A stretch of DNA of 34,781 nt from IMG/VR virus record IMGVR_UViG_2713896902_000006. The stretch is one strand, 5' to 3'. Shown here piece by piece: positions 25,933 through 34,781 of the stretch. A program made the translations under genes and the position numbers. The notes under the pieces were generated by a model. That model made no database searches. It was not told the DNA's origin and worked only from the letters and a program-made list of their open reading frames with translations. The stretch's first letter is position 1, and each line of letters starts with the position of its first letter. Source of the DNA: a virus. Its lineage: Duplodnaviria > Heunggongvirae > Uroviricota > Caudoviricetes.

Positions 25933-26024
25933 CAACGTATCACTTAACAGCCGCCAGTCGCGGCTGTTCTGCATGGGTTTCAGACACTTCCCTTCCGTTT
26001 TTTTGCTTTCAGAGGATAGCCACC

Positions 26025-28490
26025 GTGGCCAGTGAATTTTCAGTCGGCGTCATTATTGGCGGCATTGTCGGGAGCAGCTTCCGCTCAGCCGTCAGTGGCA
26101 CCCGACGCGCCCTTGATTCCCTTGGTGATACCTCCCGCCGTCTGCAGGAACGCCAGAATGCCTTAACCCGGGCAACAGAACGTTATGGTCAACTGGGTTC
26201 TTCCCGGATGCAGCATCTCAACAGCGAGTTGCTGCGGGTAAGCCGCACCATGGAGCAAATTGAACGTCAGCAGCGCCGTCTGTCAGCAGTATCAGCCATC
26301 GGTGATGCGTTGAAGGCTAACCGCCTGGCGCTCTATGGTCAGGGTGCAGAAACCTATGCTATTGGCAGAACGCTGGGCGCACCGGTCATGGCCTCGGTTA
26401 AACAATATGCCTCGTTTGAATCACAGTTACGGGATATCAGTGTCACAGGAGACCTGGATGCAAAACAGGAACGTGCAATTGGCCTGGCTATCAGACAGGC
26501 CTCGCTGAAGGTTAACCAACTGCAGGAGTCTCTGTTAGGGGGAGTCGGACAGTTAGTTGCTGATGGTATGGCCCCCGAACGGGCAGCAACGTTTGCAGAG
26601 ATGCTTGGAAAGACCGCTACAGCAACCAAAGCCGATATGACCGACCTTGCCAAAATGACTTATGCCTTCAGCGATGCACTCAGAATCACTGATGCGAAAG
26701 AACTTGAACAGGCGTTTGGTATTGCGGCAACAGGAGCCAAACTTGGGTCATTTGAGCTGAAGGATATGGCAAAAGCATTACCCGGTATGGCTAAAGCCTT
26801 CGCTGCTCGTGGTATTTATGGAAAAGATGCGATTACCCAGATTGTTGCCAGTCTGGAGGTCGGTAAAGGTAGTGGCTCTGCAGAGGAAGCGGTCACCAAT
26901 ATGTCCAACTGGCTGGCAGCAATGGGCCGCGGAGATACCATCCAGAAATATGCTAAAGCCGGGGTGGATTACCAGGGGTCAATGCAGAATTACGTCGCTC
27001 AGGGTTTTTCGCAGTACGAAGCTTCACTGATGATTGCCAACCGTTTTATCGACAGTAAAGGCAAAGCGTTCTTGCAGCAATGGAAAGCTGCAGGAGCAAG
27101 AGGCGATCAGGAAGGTCAGCAGAAACTCATGGAGTCATTTGGTCTGGCTGAGGTCTTTACCGATATTCAGACTGTCAACCATTTACTGTCAATGCGACAG
27201 GGCTGGGATAAATACCTTTCCAGTAAGCAGGAAATGAATGCTCCGGCTGCAATGTCTACCCTGGATAAGGATGCCGCAAAGCAGAATGATACGCTTGAAG
27301 GTCGCTGGCGCAGAATGCAGATCGGCTTTAATGATTCTGCTATCAGCATCGGGCAATCCTTGCGTCCGGCTTTGCTCCAGTTGGGTGAAACATTGATTCC
27401 TTTAATGGACAGTGTTGGCAAATGGATAGCGGCAAATCCGCAGCTCGTCAGCAGCACCATAAAGGTTGTGGGCGCATTACTCGCTTTCAGGATGGCCACT
27501 ATCGGTCTCAAGCTTGGGCTGAATCTCCTTCTTTCCCCCTTTGTAAGCGTCTGGAAAAATGCTGTTTTACTTCGGGCCAACTGGCTTCGTCTGACGCTCG
27601 CACTGGGGGAAGGCGGTAAACTCCGCTGGCTGGTGACAGGCTTTGGTGCTGTCGCCAGAGGAGCCAGAACACTGGGTGGTGTGCTCTCAGGGGGGCTGGT
27701 TCGCGGAATTATGAGCGCCGGGCGTGCCGTTCTCTGGATTGGCCGGGCGCTGCTGATGAATCCCGTCGGTCTCGTTATCACCGCCGTCGCGGCAGCAGCT
27801 TACCTTATCTACCGCAACTGGGGCGCTGTCAGTAGCTGGTTTAAACAGCGCTGGGCTGACATTCAGGAAGCCTTTAACGGCGGCATCGCGGGAATTGGTA
27901 AACTGCTGGTTAACTGGTCTCCGGCTGGTCTGCTTTATAAAGCCTTTGCGGCTGCGCTGAAATATCTCGGCGTTGATCTGCCGGCGAAATTCACCGACTT
28001 CGGTGGACATCTTATTGACGGGCTGATAAATGGCATCAGAAACAAATGGGCGTCACTCAAAACCAGCGTAACCGGAATGGGTGACAGCATCAGTGACTGG
28101 TTCAGCGAAAAGCTGGGCATCCATTCACCGAGTCGCGTGTTTATGGGCTTTGGTGACAATATCGCGCAGGGTGCAGCCATTGGCCTGCAACGGACCACTC
28201 CGCTTGCTGCACTGGCCGGGCAGCGCCTGGCCGCTGAAATGACACCGGATGTTCCCCGTATCCCGTCGCCGGAAATCATGGCTGCCGGATATTCAGGCCG
28301 TGGCGCAACTGCAACTGGCGGTGGAGCGTCTGGCGGTATCCAGGTCAGCTTTAATCCTCAGTTTTTTCTCAATGGTAAGGAAACCGCAGCGCCTGCCGGG
28401 CTGACTGGTGCCCTGAATATGAGCCTGCATGAGCTGGAAAAAATGCTGGAGCGTCTGCTGGCTCAGAAACAACGTAAGGAGTACAGCTGA
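26025..28490 (+). CDS. tail tape measure protein
   Basis: 821 aa; GTG start with GAGGA RBS; largely alpha-helical with a C-terminal Gly/Ala-rich hydrophobic region; canonical position. Confidence 0.85.
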   Translation: MASEFSVGVIIGGIVGSSFRSAVSGTRRALDSLGDTSRRLQERQNALTRATERYGQLGSSRMQHLNSELLRVSRTMEQIERQQRRLSAVSAIGDALKANRLALYGQGAETYAIGRTLGAPVMASVKQYASFESQLRDISVTGDLDAKQERAIGLAIRQASLKVNQLQESLLGGVGQLVADGMAPERAATFAEMLGKTATATKADMTDLAKMTYAFSDALRITDAKELEQAFGIAATGAKLGSFELKDMAKALPGMAKAFAARGIYGKDAITQIVASLEVGKGSGSAEEAVTNMSNWLAAMGRGDTIQKYAKAGVDYQGSMQNYVAQGFSQYEASLMIANRFIDSKGKAFLQQWKAAGARGDQEGQQKLMESFGLAEVFTDIQTVNHLLSMRQGWDKYLSSKQEMNAPAAMSTLDKDAAKQNDTLEGRWRRMQIGFNDSAISIGQSLRPALLQLGETLIPLMDSVGKWIAANPQLVSSTIKVVGALLAFRMATIGLKLGLNLLLSPFVSVWKNAVLLRANWLRLTLALGEGGKLRWLVTGFGAVARGARTLGGVLSGGLVRGIMSAGRAVLWIGRALLMNPVGLVITAVAAAAYLIYRNWGAVSSWFKQRWADIQEAFNGGIAGIGKLLVNWSPAGLLYKAFAAALKYLGVDLPAKFTDFGGHLIDGLINGIRNKWASLKTSVTGMGDSISDWFSEKLGIHSPSRVFMGFGDNIAQGAAIGLQRTTPLAALAGQRLAAEMTPDVPRIPSPEIMAAGYSGRGATATGGGASGGIQVSFNPQFFLNGKETAAPAGLTGALNMSLHELEKMLERLLAQKQRKEYS

Positions 28491-29374
28491 TGTTTGCCGT
28501 ACTGGGTGATATTGAGTTTGAACTGATTACCTACTGGGACGGCTTCGAGGCCACGTTTGGCGTCGATTATGCGGAGCATGCCCGCATCGAGGGTAAACCC
28601 GGCCTGCAGTTCGTCGGCGACAGGCTGGACGAAATCCAGATAAGCCTGGTCTTTCATCAGCATTATTGTGTGCCCGACGAGGAGCTGGCGAGAGTGCGAA
28701 CAGCCATGAAGTCCCATCAGGCACTGGCGCTGGTCTTCGGCAACGGTGACTATCGCGGCTGGTTCGTGATTACCGATGTGACCGCAACCAGCGAGCAGAC
28801 AGACAGCACCGGTAACGTGCTGGCTGTCAGTGCCACCGTGTCTCTCCGGGAATACACCGGTGACCCGAAAAATCCTCTGCAACCGCCGGCAATACGCAGG
28901 CAGGTTCCCGGTGCCGGGGCCGTATCTGGTGCTGTTCCATCGCCTTCCGGGGTGGCGCAGTTCGTCCGTAACGGCGTCAACTATGCGAAACAGGCGCAGT
29001 CTGTACTCCAGACCACTATCAGTGCCGTTCGGGTGGCGCAGAAAATGAAGGGTAACCCCGTTGTCGCGCTGACCCGTGTGCCGGGACTGATGAGCGGACT
29101 GGGTAATATATCCGGAGCTCTGGGGAAAAGTGTTCCGGCGTTTAATGCACTCTCTGAATCCATGCCCGATGCCATCAGTCTGGCCAGAACAGCCAGTGAG
29201 GCAGCCACGTATGTACAGCAGGCGCAGTCGGCGCTGAGTGGTGTGGACAAAAGAAATATTGCAGGTGCTCTGGATACCGTTTCCGGGCAGCTTAACGCCG
29301 CCGGCACAGCATTCAACCGCATGTCTCCGGGATTAAGTGCAATGGCCGCCAGAATACTGACGAGGAGTGTGTGA
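28490..29374 (+). CDS. tail protein, P2 gpU-like with C-terminal extension
   Basis: Position after the tape measure gene (TGATG overlap) and before X- and D-like genes; N-terminus MFAVLGDIEF resembles gpU-type starts. Confidence 0.55.
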   Translation: MFAVLGDIEFELITYWDGFEATFGVDYAEHARIEGKPGLQFVGDRLDEIQISLVFHQHYCVPDEELARVRTAMKSHQALALVFGNGDYRGWFVITDVTATSEQTDSTGNVLAVSATVSLREYTGDPKNPLQPPAIRRQVPGAGAVSGAVPSPSGVAQFVRNGVNYAKQAQSVLQTTISAVRVAQKMKGNPVVALTRVPGLMSGLGNISGALGKSVPAFNALSESMPDAISLARTASEAATYVQQAQSALSGVDKRNIAGALDTVSGQLNAAGTAFNRMSPGLSAMAARILTRSV

Positions 29375-29586
29375 TGTTTCTTGAACATATTACCCGTGAC
29401 GGAGAGCGCTGGGATTCGCTGGCATGGCAGTACTACGGTGACCCGCTGGGCTATCCCCGGATTATTGCAGCCAATCCGCACGTGGCCATTACGCCGGTGC
29501 TGCCCTCCGGGTTGTTGTTACTGATCCCGGTTATTGAGGCTGAAGATGCCCGTACAGAAGAGGATATTGCCCCATGGCTGAGATAA
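29371..29586 (+). CDS. tail protein X (P2 gpX-like, LysM-like)
   Basis: 71 aa; recalled similarity to P2 gpX (YYG, AANP and LP.G blocks in the same order). Confidence 0.65.
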   Translation: MMFLEHITRDGERWDSLAWQYYGDPLGYPRIIAANPHVAITPVLPSGLLLLIPVIEAEDARTEEDIAPWLR

Positions 29587-30728
29587 ACAGTACTGCGCAA
29601 GCCACATCAGCGTTAACCGGCGTCAGCGATGTGCTGACGCCGGTATTCACTCTGTGGTATCTGCAGAAAAACATCACCTCTGATATCGCGCCTTATGTCA
29701 CCCGTGTGGTCTGGAGCGATAACATCAAAAATGAGTCCGATACCATTGAGGTGGAGCTGGACGACACCGATGGCCGCTGGCTGGATAAGTGGTATCCGGG
29801 CAAGGGTGACACGCTGACGCTGAAAATGGGTTATCAGGGCGAGAAACTGCTGTCCTGCGGTACATTCTCAATAGACGAGATCGAAGTGAGTTCGCCCGCG
29901 TCCGTTGTCGCTATCCGTGGGGTGGCTACCTCGGTTAACAGTGCTCTGCGGACTAAATCCAGCCGTGGTTTTGAGAACACCACGCTGGCAGCTGTTGCGG
30001 GGCGGATTGCCAGAAAGCACCGGCTGAAACTGGTGGGCAGCATTGAGTCCATCAGAATCGACCGGGTGACCCAGTATGCTGAAACCGACGTGGGTTTTCT
30101 GCGCCGGCTGGCCAGCGAGTATGGTTATGCAGTGAAAGTGGTCAGTGACCAGCTGATTTTTTCTCATCTGGCCACACTTCGCAGTCAGGAGCCGGTCAGG
30201 CAGTTAAAACCGCAGGATGTGGCCTGCTTTTCCCTGCGTGACACCATCAACCGGGTCTATAAATCTGCAAAGGTAAAACACCAGAAAAGCAGCAGTAAAA
30301 AACTGATCGTCTACGAAGCTGATGGTGGTACCCGTGAAAGCGACAAAAAGCTCAAAGGCGGTAAGGTTACCAGCGCTGACTCACTTAAAGTTAACAGCCG
30401 CGTCAGCGACCCGGACAGTGCCCGGATTAAAGCGGATTCAGCACTGGCCAAACATAACGAATACCAGCAGAACGGCTCCCTGACGCTGACGGGAACGCCT
30501 CAACTGACAGCAGGCAACAAAATTGAACTGGTGGGCTTTGGACAGTTATCCGGTCCATGGCTGATAATCACTGCCCGCCATGCGTTTGAGCGTAACAGCG
30601 GCTACACCACAGAGCTGGAAGTGGCACGGGGGCCAGTCACAAGAGGGAAAAAACAAAAAACTCAGAAACTCACGGTTTATCACCCGGATGGCAGTACATC
30701 GACGGTGATTAAGGAGAAGAAAAAATGA
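29574..30728 (+). CDS. tail protein D (P2 gpD-like)
   Basis: 384 aa, matching the gpD size class; position U-X-D. Confidence 0.7.
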   Translation: MAEINSTAQATSALTGVSDVLTPVFTLWYLQKNITSDIAPYVTRVVWSDNIKNESDTIEVELDDTDGRWLDKWYPGKGDTLTLKMGYQGEKLLSCGTFSIDEIEVSSPASVVAIRGVATSVNSALRTKSSRGFENTTLAAVAGRIARKHRLKLVGSIESIRIDRVTQYAETDVGFLRRLASEYGYAVKVVSDQLIFSHLATLRSQEPVRQLKPQDVACFSLRDTINRVYKSAKVKHQKSSSKKLIVYEADGGTRESDKKLKGGKVTSADSLKVNSRVSDPDSARIKADSALAKHNEYQQNGSLTLTGTPQLTAGNKIELVGFGQLSGPWLIITARHAFERNSGYTTELEVARGPVTRGKKQKTQKLTVYHPDGSTSTVIKEKKK

Positions 30729-31237
30729 CTGGTGTCACCCGTCAGGTCGGTACGGTCAGTGCCGTTGATGCCGACAGGGTTCAGGCCCGCGTTCGTCTGC
30801 CTGAATGCGATAATCTGCGCACAAACTGGCTTAACGTGCTACAGCGCAATACCCAGGATAACAAGGATTACTGGCTCCCTGACGTGGGGGAGCAGGTTGA
30901 GGTGCTGCTCGATGCCAACGGCGAGGATGGTGTTATTCTGGGCGCGGTGTACTCAGACGTCGATAAACCGCCGTTCAGTGATAAAAACGTCCGGGGCACG
31001 AAGTACGCTGATGGCGCGGAGTTCAGTTATGACCGCGCGACCCATACGCTGACGGTCAAAGGAGGTATCGAGCATGTGGTGATCGAGGTTGCAGTGGGTA
31101 TTAGTCTGAAAGGGAAAACCATTGATTTGACAGCTGACACTATCATGGTGAACGGCAATCTTGAAATCAAAGGGAGTACCCATGCGACTGGTAACATATT
31201 TGCAGATGGACAGAATTCCAATCATCACTCTCACTAA
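30725..31237 (+). CDS. baseplate assembly protein V (spike, P2 gpV-like)
   Basis: 170 aa; conserved block WLPDVGEQVEVL comparable to the P2 gpV region; ATGA overlap with the D-like gene. Confidence 0.7.
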   Translation: MTGVTRQVGTVSAVDADRVQARVRLPECDNLRTNWLNVLQRNTQDNKDYWLPDVGEQVEVLLDANGEDGVILGAVYSDVDKPPFSDKNVRGTKYADGAEFSYDRATHTLTVKGGIEHVVIEVAVGISLKGKTIDLTADTIMVNGNLEIKGSTHATGNIFADGQNSNHHSH

Positions 31238-31318
31238 TTTTTCAAGTATGTGACTCCATTTCCTCTCCCGCGGATATGATAGAATTTTTTAATTAACACT
31301 AATTTGGCGGGGACTTAA

Positions 31319-32194
31319 ATGCGGTTATCAAGATCCTTATGTAAAGTAGTTGGCGATGTCATTGCTAACTCAGGCTCTCATGCAGCTTTAGATACGTTAT
31401 TTCTTACTTCGGGAGCACCAGGAAACCCTCCGGCAGGATCTCATAGTACAAAATGGAAAGACTGGTTATTTCTTGCAGGGCAAGATCCAGATACAGATAG
31501 TCTGGCAGTTCTGGGCGGAGTAATTGAGGAGTTTATGGATTTACCTCCAAAAGAAGGTACTCCCGAATATGCAGAATGGAAGGAAAAACGAGACAGAATT
31601 GAAGCTGTGTTACAAGAGAATGGACTTAGATATTATCGTTTTGGTCGAGTGTTGCCTGAAGGCCACATCCCGTCACACAATATGGATTACCCAGAGACCA
31701 TAATTACTTATCAACAGCCAGTAATGCCAGAAAAAGTTGAGAACTTACTGGAAAGGCTGGTCAAAGGCTTACAGCGAGCAATGCATCCACTTACTCATAG
31801 GCGAAAAGGAAGCCAGTCATTATCTTTTAGCAATGAATATGACGTGCAAGACCTTCTCCATGCATTGCTCAGACCATGGGTTCAGGACATCCGCCCAGAA
31901 GAGTTTACTCCAAGTTACGCTGGTTCAAGTACTCGAATGGATTTTTTGTTACCTGCGCATAAATTAGTACTGGAAACCAAAATTGTTCGTGATCGTTCTC
32001 ATGCAAAGAAAATCGGCGATGAACTTATTATCGATATAGAGCATTATCGTCAGCACTCTGATTGCAAAAATCTCTGGTGTGTCATCTACGATCCGAACCA
32101 GTTTATTACTAATTCTGAGGGGCTGAAATCTGATCTTGAGGGGAAGAGAGTTTCTAAAGACGGAGAACTTATCGTCAAGGTTTTCGTAATTTAA
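31319..32194 (+). CDS. AT-rich moron ORF; protein with C-terminal PD-(D/E)xK-like nuclease motif pattern, function unknown
   Basis: 291 aa; inserted between V and W, which are adjacent in P2; flanked by 81-bp and 71-bp AT-rich non-coding spacers; C-terminal E (NEYDVQDLL), D (RMDFLL), ExK (VLETKIV) pattern. Confidence 0.6.
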   Translation: MRLSRSLCKVVGDVIANSGSHAALDTLFLTSGAPGNPPAGSHSTKWKDWLFLAGQDPDTDSLAVLGGVIEEFMDLPPKEGTPEYAEWKEKRDRIEAVLQENGLRYYRFGRVLPEGHIPSHNMDYPETIITYQQPVMPEKVENLLERLVKGLQRAMHPLTHRRKGSQSLSFSNEYDVQDLLHALLRPWVQDIRPEEFTPSYAGSSTRMDFLLPAHKLVLETKIVRDRSHAKKIGDELIIDIEHYRQHSDCKNLWCVIYDPNQFITNSEGLKSDLEGKRVSKDGELIVKVFVI

Positions 32195-32265
32195 CAAACG
32201 TATCAATAACTCCTTTTTAAATCCCTTTAATATCGTTCTTTTCTTACTGGGGCAATACTGCCCCC

Positions 32266-32613
32266 ATGAAAACGACCTCAGTATTCTGGCAACCGGCTCT
32301 GCAGGCTCCCGGCGAAATCGTCCGGGGGCTGGATGATATCCAGCAGTCCATCCAGATCATCCTGCGGACTCCCCGCGGCAGCGACCCGCATCGCCCAGAG
32401 TTCGGCAGCAATCTGCACCTTTATATCGACTGGCCTGTCGACCGGGCCATTCCGCATGTGGTTCGCGAATCCGTCGATGCCATCAGGCGCTGGGAACCCC
32501 GCTGCCAGCTTATGTCGGTTAAACCCGCCGTCGACGGCGAACATCTTACGCTCCGGGTGAGCTGGAAAGGCTCAGACGGACAACCCCGTACTCAGGAACT
32601 GCTATGGCGCTGA
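32266..32613 (+). CDS. baseplate assembly protein W (P2 gpW-like)
   Basis: 115 aa; ILRTPRGS and WEPR blocks as in gpW-type proteins; followed by an overlapping J-like gene. Confidence 0.75.
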   Translation: MKTTSVFWQPALQAPGEIVRGLDDIQQSIQIILRTPRGSDPHRPEFGSNLHLYIDWPVDRAIPHVVRESVDAIRRWEPRCQLMSVKPAVDGEHLTLRVSWKGSDGQPRTQELLWR

Positions 32614-33707
32614 CAGAACCCGATTTTATTGAACTCGATGCCGATAAAATCACGGCAGAAATGATTGCGAAATATGAAGCGGATACCGGCAAAACGTTGT
32701 ACCCGGCACAGGCAGAACGTCTGCTGATAGATCTGTGGGCCTATCGCGAAATGCTGGTCAGGGTGGCGGTACAGGAGGCGGCGAAGCTGAATCTGGTCGC
32801 CTTTTCCCGGGAGCCGATGATTGATTACCTCGGAGAACTGGTTGGTGTATACCGCCTTCCCGCGCAGCCTGCCACCACCACACTTCAGTTCTCTGTGGAT
32901 GAGGCACTGGCCATTGATGTGCTGATCCCGGCAGGCACCCGCGTCAGCGCTTCCGACAGCGTGATTTTTGCCACCGATACAGATGTAGTGCTGAAGGCCG
33001 GTTTGCAACTGGTCAATGCCCCTGCCACCTGTACTGAGCCGGGTACCTCTGGCAACGGCTGGCAACCGGCTCAGGTCAGTCAGCTGCTTGATGAGATTGA
33101 TAACGTTGACCTGCTGGTGACCAATCTGACGGCCAGCACTGGCGGTTCAGAGCAGGAAGACAATGACCGACTCCGGGAGCGTATCAGGCTGGCCCCGGAG
33201 TCATTCACCAATGCCGGAAGCCGTGGTGCATACCGTTTTCATGCCATGGGGGCGCATCCCAGTATTGTCGACGTCGCTGTTCTTTCTCCCGTTCCCGGTA
33301 CTGTCGAGCTGTATCCACTGCTCAGCACTGGTCTGCCAGACAGCAGTATCCTCACTCTGGTAGAGAGTTTCTGTTCTGACGAAAAAGTCAGACCACTCAC
33401 TGATACCGTGCGGGCTAAAACACCTGTTCAGGTGGATTACACCATTGAAGCCAGGATTACGATCTATCGTGATCAGGATGCAATGTCGGTAAAGGACAAC
33501 GCTAACAGCGCCATACAGAACTGGGTGGCATCACGTGCCGCCACGCTGGGACGCGATATTGTCCCCAGCCAGATTATCAGTGCATTGTCCGTTTCCGGGG
33601 TGTACCAGGTTGAACTGGTGACACCGGCACTGCGGGTGGTTGCAGAAAACGAATGGGCAAACTGTACGGCAATCACTCTTAACGTGACAGGGGTGTCCGA
33701 TGGCTGA
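32604..33707 (+). CDS. baseplate assembly protein J (P2 gpJ-like)
   Basis: 367 aa; position W-J-I; start overlaps the gpW stop. Confidence 0.75.
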   Translation: MALTEPDFIELDADKITAEMIAKYEADTGKTLYPAQAERLLIDLWAYREMLVRVAVQEAAKLNLVAFSREPMIDYLGELVGVYRLPAQPATTTLQFSVDEALAIDVLIPAGTRVSASDSVIFATDTDVVLKAGLQLVNAPATCTEPGTSGNGWQPAQVSQLLDEIDNVDLLVTNLTASTGGSEQEDNDRLRERIRLAPESFTNAGSRGAYRFHAMGAHPSIVDVAVLSPVPGTVELYPLLSTGLPDSSILTLVESFCSDEKVRPLTDTVRAKTPVQVDYTIEARITIYRDQDAMSVKDNANSAIQNWVASRAATLGRDIVPSQIISALSVSGVYQVELVTPALRVVAENEWANCTAITLNVTGVSDG

Positions 33708-34278
33708 GGCGCTACGACTACCGCCACCGCTTGAGGGTGATATCAGTCTCAAAACGCTGGGAAGACTGGCCGAACGGCTGGATAACATCGACCTGAGCGT
33801 ACTGATGGTCTGTCTCGTCGATATCGTCGACAGTTCCGCGCTGCCATGGCTGGGCGAGCAGTTCTCGTTGTTCGGCGATGGCTGGGAACTGGCGGAATCG
33901 GACGATGTACGCCGCATGCTTATCAAATCCGCTATCGAGCTACACCGCTATAAAGGAACGCCGTGGTCAATCCGGGAAATTATCCGCCGTTTTGGCTTTG
34001 GCGAAGTAGAGCTGATAGAAGGTACGGGGCAGATCGGCTACGACGGTAAACACAGTTACAACGGACTTTTCGTCCATGGCGATGCACAAGCCTGGGCAGT
34101 CTATCGGGTCATCCTTCAACAGCCCATCACTAATGATCAGGCAGCGCTGTTACGTCAGACGCTCGCTGCCTTTGCTCCGGCTCGCTGCCATCTGGCAAGC
34201 CTGGAATATCAGTCTGTCGCCATTCGATACAACAGTACTACCCGTTATGACGGTAGTTACAACCACGGGAGCAGTTAA
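33700..34278 (+). CDS. tail protein I (P2 gpI-like baseplate protein)
   Basis: 192 aa; position between the J-like gene and the tail fibre gene; overlaps the J stop. Confidence 0.65.
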   Translation: MAEALRLPPPLEGDISLKTLGRLAERLDNIDLSVLMVCLVDIVDSSALPWLGEQFSLFGDGWELAESDDVRRMLIKSAIELHRYKGTPWSIREIIRRFGFGEVELIEGTGQIGYDGKHSYNGLFVHGDAQAWAVYRVILQQPITNDQAALLRQTLAAFAPARCHLASLEYQSVAIRYNSTTRYDGSYNHGSS

Positions 34279-34280
34279 TT

Positions 34281-34781
34281 ATGGCAAATCTACCTGAAAC
34301 CCCACAGTGGGAAGACGGCATCTACCAGATTGAGGTCTCTGACCCCGTTCTGGGCGGGCCTGACGGAATTTCTAACCGTCAGGGTAAACAACTGGCCAGC
34401 CGCACGCTGTACCTGAAGCAACAGGTTGAAAAAGGCGGGGCTGACCTTGCGAAACACATCGCGGCAGCAGACCCGCATGCCCAGTATGCACCGAAAGCCA
34501 GTCCGGCATTCACCGGCACACCAACAGCACCTACACCTGCAAATGGCGATAACAGCAAAAAGCTGGCGACGACGGAGTTTGTGGCCAAAGCACTTGCGGC
34601 GCTTGCAGGCAGCGCCCCTGAGACACTGGATACGCTTAAAGAGCTGGCTGACGCTCTCGGTAATGATCCAAACTTTGCGACTACGGTACTGAACAAGCTG
34701 GCGGAAAAGCTGGCTAAAGACCAGAACGGCGCAGATATTCCTGATCCTGCGCTGTTTGTCAAAAACCTTGGTTTGGGAGAA
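34281..34781 (+). CDS. tail fibre protein, N-terminal part (runs off the window end)
   Basis: ATG 34281 three nt after the gpI-like stop; open frame to the window end; contains a fibre-type repeat block (DNSKKLATTEFVAKALAALAG). Confidence 0.6.
   Translation, partial: MANLPETPQWEDGIYQIEVSDPVLGGPDGISNRQGKQLASRTLYLKQQVEKGGADLAKHIAAADPHAQYAPKASPAFTGTPTAPTPANGDNSKKLATTEFVAKALAALAGSAPETLDTLKELADALGNDPNFATTVLNKLAEKLAKDQNGADIPDPALFVKNLGLGE

Overview
This window reads as most of a Mu-like transposable prophage, with neither end identified. The early operon is on the minus strand (about 8350 down to 323): Ner-like protein, a winged-helix protein, a coiled-coil protein, an rve/DDE transposase, an AAA+ transposition ATPase, Gam, several small ORFs, a MazG-like protein, GemA-like and Mor-like proteins. 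An XRE-type repressor (8434..8841) is divergent from it. The late genes are on the plus strand from about 12135: holin, SAR-type lytic transglycosylase, nested spanins, Mu-like packaging and head genes (TerS/TerL, portal, F, G, I, T), then a contractile tail whose distal part is P2-like (U, X, D, V, W, J, I, fibre start). From memory this hybrid layout resembles the BcepMu group, but I could not run a search. Two AT-rich insertions stand out as cargo. One is a two-gene cassette directly after the repressor (8912..11127): a YejK/NdpA-family nucleoid-associated protein paralogue plus a 401-aa protein with two C-terminal transmembrane helices. The other is a 291-aa ORF (31319..32194) inserted between baseplate genes V and W, whose C-terminal part carries a PD-(D/E)xK-like nuclease motif pattern. 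Both are candidate lysogen-expressed exclusion or defence functions; this is inference only. No rRNA, tRNA or CRISPR array was seen. All calls rest on reading the ORF translations, motifs, gene order and start-codon context by eye.
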